64,000 bases of DNA from Planctomycetota bacterium (GTDB lineage Bacteria > Planctomycetota > UBA8108 > SXIK01): positions 3,488,001 through 3,552,000 of the forward strand of contig OZ244999.1 in assembly GCA_965223265.1 (NCBI GenBank), in the 5' to 3' direction. This document shows positions 60,251 to 64,000 of this stretch, piece after piece (position 1 is the first letter of the stretch; the number at the start of each line of letters is the position of its first letter). Both the position numbers and the translations under genes were made by a program. The notes beneath the pieces are model-generated. The model was given only the letters and a program-made list of their open reading frames with translations. It did not search any database and was not told the origin of the DNA.

Positions 60251-60694
60251 TTGAAGGCGGATCAGCTCATGTTCGAGATCGGAAGATCGACTCGCAGCGC
60301 GCGCACCTCCATGGCACGAATCGCCGAGCTACGCCGCGCCCTGATGATCGATGAGGCGCCATCTCCCTCCCGTCGGTTCATGGGTGCGCTGCGTCGAGCC
60401 GCGCCCAGCCTGCCTCTCGTGGCGCTCCTACTCGTCTGCGCTGGCCTGGCACTAGCGGATCTGACGACCATCGTGTTCCTGCCGGACGCTCAGGTCGTCA
60501 TCGTCCAGAAAGCTGGCACCCTCGAGGTCAAATCCGCCGCCAAGGTTCCCACCTTGGAGAGCGAACGGCTCGCCACCATCCGCGGCGCGCGACGTCACGC
60601 AGCCTGGCCTCGCCTTAGCTTCCACGCTCTTTGCGTTGCTCTCGCTCTCTTCGCTCTTCGTTGCCGTCGACGTCACGTGGAGAGGACGGTCTGA
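60251..60694 (+). CDS. Hypothetical membrane protein
   Basis: Two hydrophobic segments; start uncertain. Confidence 0.35.
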   Translation: MKADQLMFEIGRSTRSARTSMARIAELRRALMIDEAPSPSRRFMGALRRAAPSLPLVALLLVCAGLALADLTTIVFLPDAQVVIVQKAGTLEVKSAAKVPTLESERLATIRGARRHAAWPRLSFHALCVALALFALRCRRRHVERTV

Positions 60695-60810
60695 TTCGAA
60701 TCGCGCCGCGCCAAGCTGCGAAGTTAGCGTTAGGCAAGATCACTCCCTACGCTGCAGTACGAGCTCTCACTCCGGGTTTCAAGGCAGGGTCCGAAACCGA
60801 ACGCGTTGAA

Positions 60811-60892
60811 CAGTCCGTTGAAAAGTCATTCGGCCGAGAAGCTAGCCCCTTCGCGTCCAGTTTTCGACTCAAGGCACGTTTTCAACAAGCTG
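60811..60892 (-). mobile_element. MITE-A copy 4, internally deleted (82 bp), inverted orientation
   Basis: CAGTCCGTTGAAAAGTCATTCGGCCGAGAA...TTTTCAACAAGCTG; flanks TGAA/TTAA. Confidence 0.75.
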
Positions 60893-61165
60893 TTAAGTCG
60901 ACGAGACGATCAAGCGACGGATCGGGAGACGCAGCTGCGGCGTTTCTCGACGTCGTCGCGGCTACGGACACTTCCGAGTGCGTGCGAGCAGTTGCCCGGC
61001 AGCATTGACGGGATCGACACCACGCAATGTCTTTCGGTGCGGCGCGCCGATCGGCACCCTGCGAGGCACTTTTCTCTGAGAATTCATGAAACCACGCCTC
61101 CGCGGTCGAGACAACATGGGGGAGAAAATCTGGAAGGAGGCAGGTGTGAAACTAAGGAGGCGGAA

Positions 61166-61798
61166 ATGAATCAAAGGAGCCCTCTACTCGCTCCCGCCAT
61201 TTTGGGCTTGGGGTTCGTCGTGGTCGTTTCGACGGTCGTCCCACGCTTTGTGACTCGAACGTTCGCCGAAAGTGAAACTCGTGATGCAACGTTCGAACCT
61301 GCGTCCAGCACGTACAATCCAATTCACGAGGACAGCGAGCGGCGCGTCACCATCCTGAGTGTGACGAAGGGACTTGCGTTTCTCAAATCTCAGGAGCCGA
61401 TCGCAGCGCAGTTCGCTGGCGAGCGTCAGCCCGGAGAGAACGTCCTACCATGGTTGCGAGTCAATGTCCTTGTCGAGCGTCTCGACGGACAGACGGGATC
61501 GATCGGGCCGGTTCAATTAGAAATAGAGAGCGACGATTGTGAGGAGTTCGTCGCCACACTCGAAGGCCGGCGAAGACGCGTCTCAGGTTCTGCGGTTGTC
61601 GCCTTGGACCACCACAAACTCGACCTAATGCTCTTTCCGTTTGGTCCTCTAACGGTGAAGGACGCAGATCGATCGCGAGTGTTTTCCTTCAGTGAATCGG
61701 GCCGCTTCTGCGATGCGGACAAGGTCACACTGCGCTTGAGCGTCGGCACTGAAGAAAACCGCAAAGAAGTCCTGTTCGAGAATGTCCCGATTCCTTAG
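61166..61798 (+). CDS. Hypothetical exported/membrane-anchored protein
   Basis: AAGGAGG RBS, ATG 61166, N-terminal hydrophobic helix. Confidence 0.65.
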   Translation: MNQRSPLLAPAILGLGFVVVVSTVVPRFVTRTFAESETRDATFEPASSTYNPIHEDSERRVTILSVTKGLAFLKSQEPIAAQFAGERQPGENVLPWLRVNVLVERLDGQTGSIGPVQLEIESDDCEEFVATLEGRRRRVSGSAVVALDHHKLDLMLFPFGPLTVKDADRSRVFSFSESGRFCDADKVTLRLSVGTEENRKEVLFENVPIP

Positions 61799-61808
61799 CT
61801 TCGAGTTT

Positions 61809-62828
61809 TCACCCCGAAGTCGGTAAAACGTCGAGCCGCCCGTCCTCGCCGGCACGCACCCGCCTCAAGACGGTCGCCTCCACGAGAGCCTCGGTGAGAT
61901 CTTGCCCGCTGCGCACTCCCTCTCCGGCAGCGGCCAGTGCGGCGTCGATCTGCGCAGCCGACGCCGGCGCTGCACACACGTCGACGACGCAAGCGAACGC
62001 CGCCGAGATTTCGCTCAAATCGACCTTGCCGCCCGGCTGCGGCTCGAGCAAAAAAGTGTCCGACTCGTTCGCGTCGAGCGGCGGTAACGGGTCAGGGCGC
62101 GGGGCATCGTCGCAAAGCGTCAACGCTGGAACTTCGCTGACCTCGAACAGGTAGTGTTCAACGTGCTGGATCAGTTCGATGGTGCCTTTCGGGACGGCAC
62201 AAACGCCGACGCCGGGAGCGACGATCCACCCTTGCTCGCCCGGCTTCAACGCGCTGCTACATTTTGGCGACGATCGTCGCGCTCCAGCTTGCAGCGCCGG
62301 ATCACGCCCGCGCCGAGCGTCACGGAGTGCGCGTCTCGACTGCGCCATGGCACCTTCAAGGGTCAATGCCGCGCGGCCCTGGGCGGATGTCAGTCGCTTC
62401 GTCTCAAAGGCGTCCACGAGGTAGGCGACAAACGCGGTGGCCATGTAGCCGCGCCTCTGGACCGCCGCATGAAAGAACTCCGAACCGAAAAAGCTGTCCA
62501 GGAATCCGATCTCGCGACATTCGTTAAGGACGAGAGTCGTCGATACCTTGAACTCTTCGAGGAGCACCTTGAGCGAGCGTCGCCGGCGCATTCTGTCGGC
62601 GTTCCAAAGACGCCGGTCGTTCTCCACCAGCTGGCGGACGAGAGCGTCGTTAAGCTCGAGACCGACCAGTGCTGCCTGGGAATCGTCGTAGACGGCCGCG
62701 GTGAACTGTGGATCGAAGAGCATACGGATCACGACGCGCTGCAGAGCCACGAACGGTGTCACCGGCGCGTCCGGATCAGCCGCCGCGCGGTCGACGAACA
62801 GGGCCTCTTCCAACGGATTCCACGTCAT
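61809..62828 (-). CDS. Hypothetical MNIO partner protein (DUF2063/RRE-like role inferred)
   Basis: ATGA overlap with DUF692 gene; helical N-terminus LQRVVIRMLFDPQF; wHTH-like C-terminus. Confidence 0.6.
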   Translation of the reverse strand: MTWNPLEEALFVDRAAADPDAPVTPFVALQRVVIRMLFDPQFTAAVYDDSQAALVGLELNDALVRQLVENDRRLWNADRMRRRRSLKVLLEEFKVSTTLVLNECREIGFLDSFFGSEFFHAAVQRRGYMATAFVAYLVDAFETKRLTSAQGRAALTLEGAMAQSRRALRDARRGRDPALQAGARRSSPKCSSALKPGEQGWIVAPGVGVCAVPKGTIELIQHVEHYLFEVSEVPALTLCDDAPRPDPLPPLDANESDTFLLEPQPGGKVDLSEISAAFACVVDVCAAPASAAQIDAALAAAGEGVRSGQDLTEALVEATVLRRVRAGEDGRLDVLPTSG

Positions 62829-63715
62829 GACGCTTTCCCATCGTGCGGGAACATCTGGTTGAGACGCACGAAGGTCTCAACCGTAGCCTGCGGATCGTTG
62901 TGTTCGCATTCGTACATGACCGCCTTGAGACGCGGCGCGCGCGGAACCACATACTCGACGATAGCCCACGTGTCTGGGTGGACTTCGGCTCTGTGGTCAT
63001 CGTCGATGTAGCGATACCCATCGGGAGTCTCCGCCTCGCCACCTCCAGCGACGTGGAGCTCGACGACACGATCGAGCGGCTGGCTGTCGAGCCCTGAGCA
63101 CGGGTCGAGTCCGCGTGCGCGCTGAAAAATCGCCAGGTGCGCCGCGTCGAGCAAGAGCCCACATCCGGCACGTTCGCTCACTTCCGTAAAGTAGTCGAGA
63201 ACGTGCAGATCGCCTAGAAAGTAAAGTGAGGGTGGGTTTTCCGGAAAGACAGGCAGCCCTGTCTTCTCCTGAAGGAGAGCGATACTCTCAGCCGTCTGAG
63301 CTGCTGACTCGCGTGTCAACACTGGCGGCAGCAAGAGACCGTGACCGCGGTCGCGCGGCCCAAAGTGCCACATGCCGGAATCTCCACAGAGCCACGGCGA
63401 CCCAACACGTCGAGCGAACGCCGCGGTCTCGTCGATCCAGCGATCATCCATGTCTTCGAGTTCTTCGAAGTTGACGTCGAGGAAGTGATAAGTCACCGCG
63501 CCACCAGAATCGGCCCACCTCAAGATCGAAGAGTCGAGTCCACGATCGGTGTCGGTGCCGAACTCGACGACGTGGATCAAGTCCGGGTACTGCTCGCGAA
63601 ACGTCGATGGGTCGATCGACGGGCGCACTCCGTACTCGCCGCTGATGCCGACGCCGAGATAGGGCAGCTTGTCAAGCTCTGCCGCGATCGAAGAATTCCA
63701 AGCCATAACGGACAC
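62825..63715 (-). CDS. DUF692 family multinuclear non-heme iron oxidase (MNIO)
   Basis: LPYLGVG, ENPP, CGLLLDAAHL, PLDRVVELHVAGG, IDDH..V...W, YECE. Confidence 0.88.
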   Translation of the reverse strand: MSVMAWNSSIAAELDKLPYLGVGISGEYGVRPSIDPSTFREQYPDLIHVVEFGTDTDRGLDSSILRWADSGGAVTYHFLDVNFEELEDMDDRWIDETAAFARRVGSPWLCGDSGMWHFGPRDRGHGLLLPPVLTRESAAQTAESIALLQEKTGLPVFPENPPSLYFLGDLHVLDYFTEVSERAGCGLLLDAAHLAIFQRARGLDPCSGLDSQPLDRVVELHVAGGGEAETPDGYRYIDDDHRAEVHPDTWAIVEYVVPRAPRLKAVMYECEHNDPQATVETFVRLNQMFPHDGKAS

Positions 63716-63760
63716 GCTCTGGTTTCAAGAATCCGCTCTGAAAAAAAGAGCGACGCGGAG

Positions 63761-64000
63761 CTATACGAGCTCGCTGATGACACCGCCGCTCGGGAGAACT
63801 CGGAAAGGCCGTCCCTGCGTGTCCGTGGTGTGCGCGGTTGGGTCGATGCCAAGATGGCGATACATCATCCAGACGACATCGTTCGGGTGCACCGGGCGAT
63901 CGTGCGGCTCTTCACCTTTCGAAGTTGACGACCCGATCACTTGCCCGACGCGCAAGCCTCCGCCAGCCATCAGGATACTCATCAACGCCCCCCAGTGATC
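63761..64000 (-). CDS. DUF1501 protein C-terminus (partial, runs off right edge)
   Basis: DHWGALMSILMAGGGLRVGQVIGSST.KGE.P.DRPV.P.D...YRHLGIDP. Confidence 0.85.
   Translation of the reverse strand, partial: DHWGALMSILMAGGGLRVGQVIGSSTSKGEEPHDRPVHPNDVVWMMYRHLGIDPTAHTTDTQGRPFRVLPSGGVISELV

Noticed and set aside
60806-61165. N-terminal extension of the 330-aa ORF
   Set aside because: Begins in MITE-A copy 4; strong RBS and signal-like segment point to ATG 61166
1-64000. rRNA, tRNA or CRISPR arrays
   Set aside because: None recognised by eye; tRNAscan-SE/Infernal would be needed to exclude small RNAs

Overview
GC-rich bacterial chromosomal window, very probably Planctomycetota (DUF1501, DUF1549/1553, DUF1552/DUF1592 cytochrome clusters, RRGD dockerin-like tails, M56/BlaI pair). 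Core content: sulfatase, aceB-aceA glyoxylate shunt, Rieske oxygenase, class D beta-lactamase-like protein, a Cys-rich SdrD-B lipoprotein and a DUF692 (MNIO) pair. Most notable: (1) a RAYT gene split at a duplicated TTAA by a 4.9-kb nested block (MITE-A, plus MITE-B whose left TIR carries a group II intron and whose right TIR carries a tyrosine-recombinase + IS91-type HUH element). The ends of that last element would form an attC-like hairpin only after circularisation. (2) A ~1800-aa secreted FG-GAP protein with a phospho-His domain and a PPDK-type ATP-grasp domain in glucan-water-dikinase order. (3) Micro-elements: a 68-bp palindrome made of two fused Tn3-type IRs, and a MITE inserted in frame in a gene. 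Several single-base frameshifts may be assembly errors. All family calls are by motif recognition; no database searches were run.
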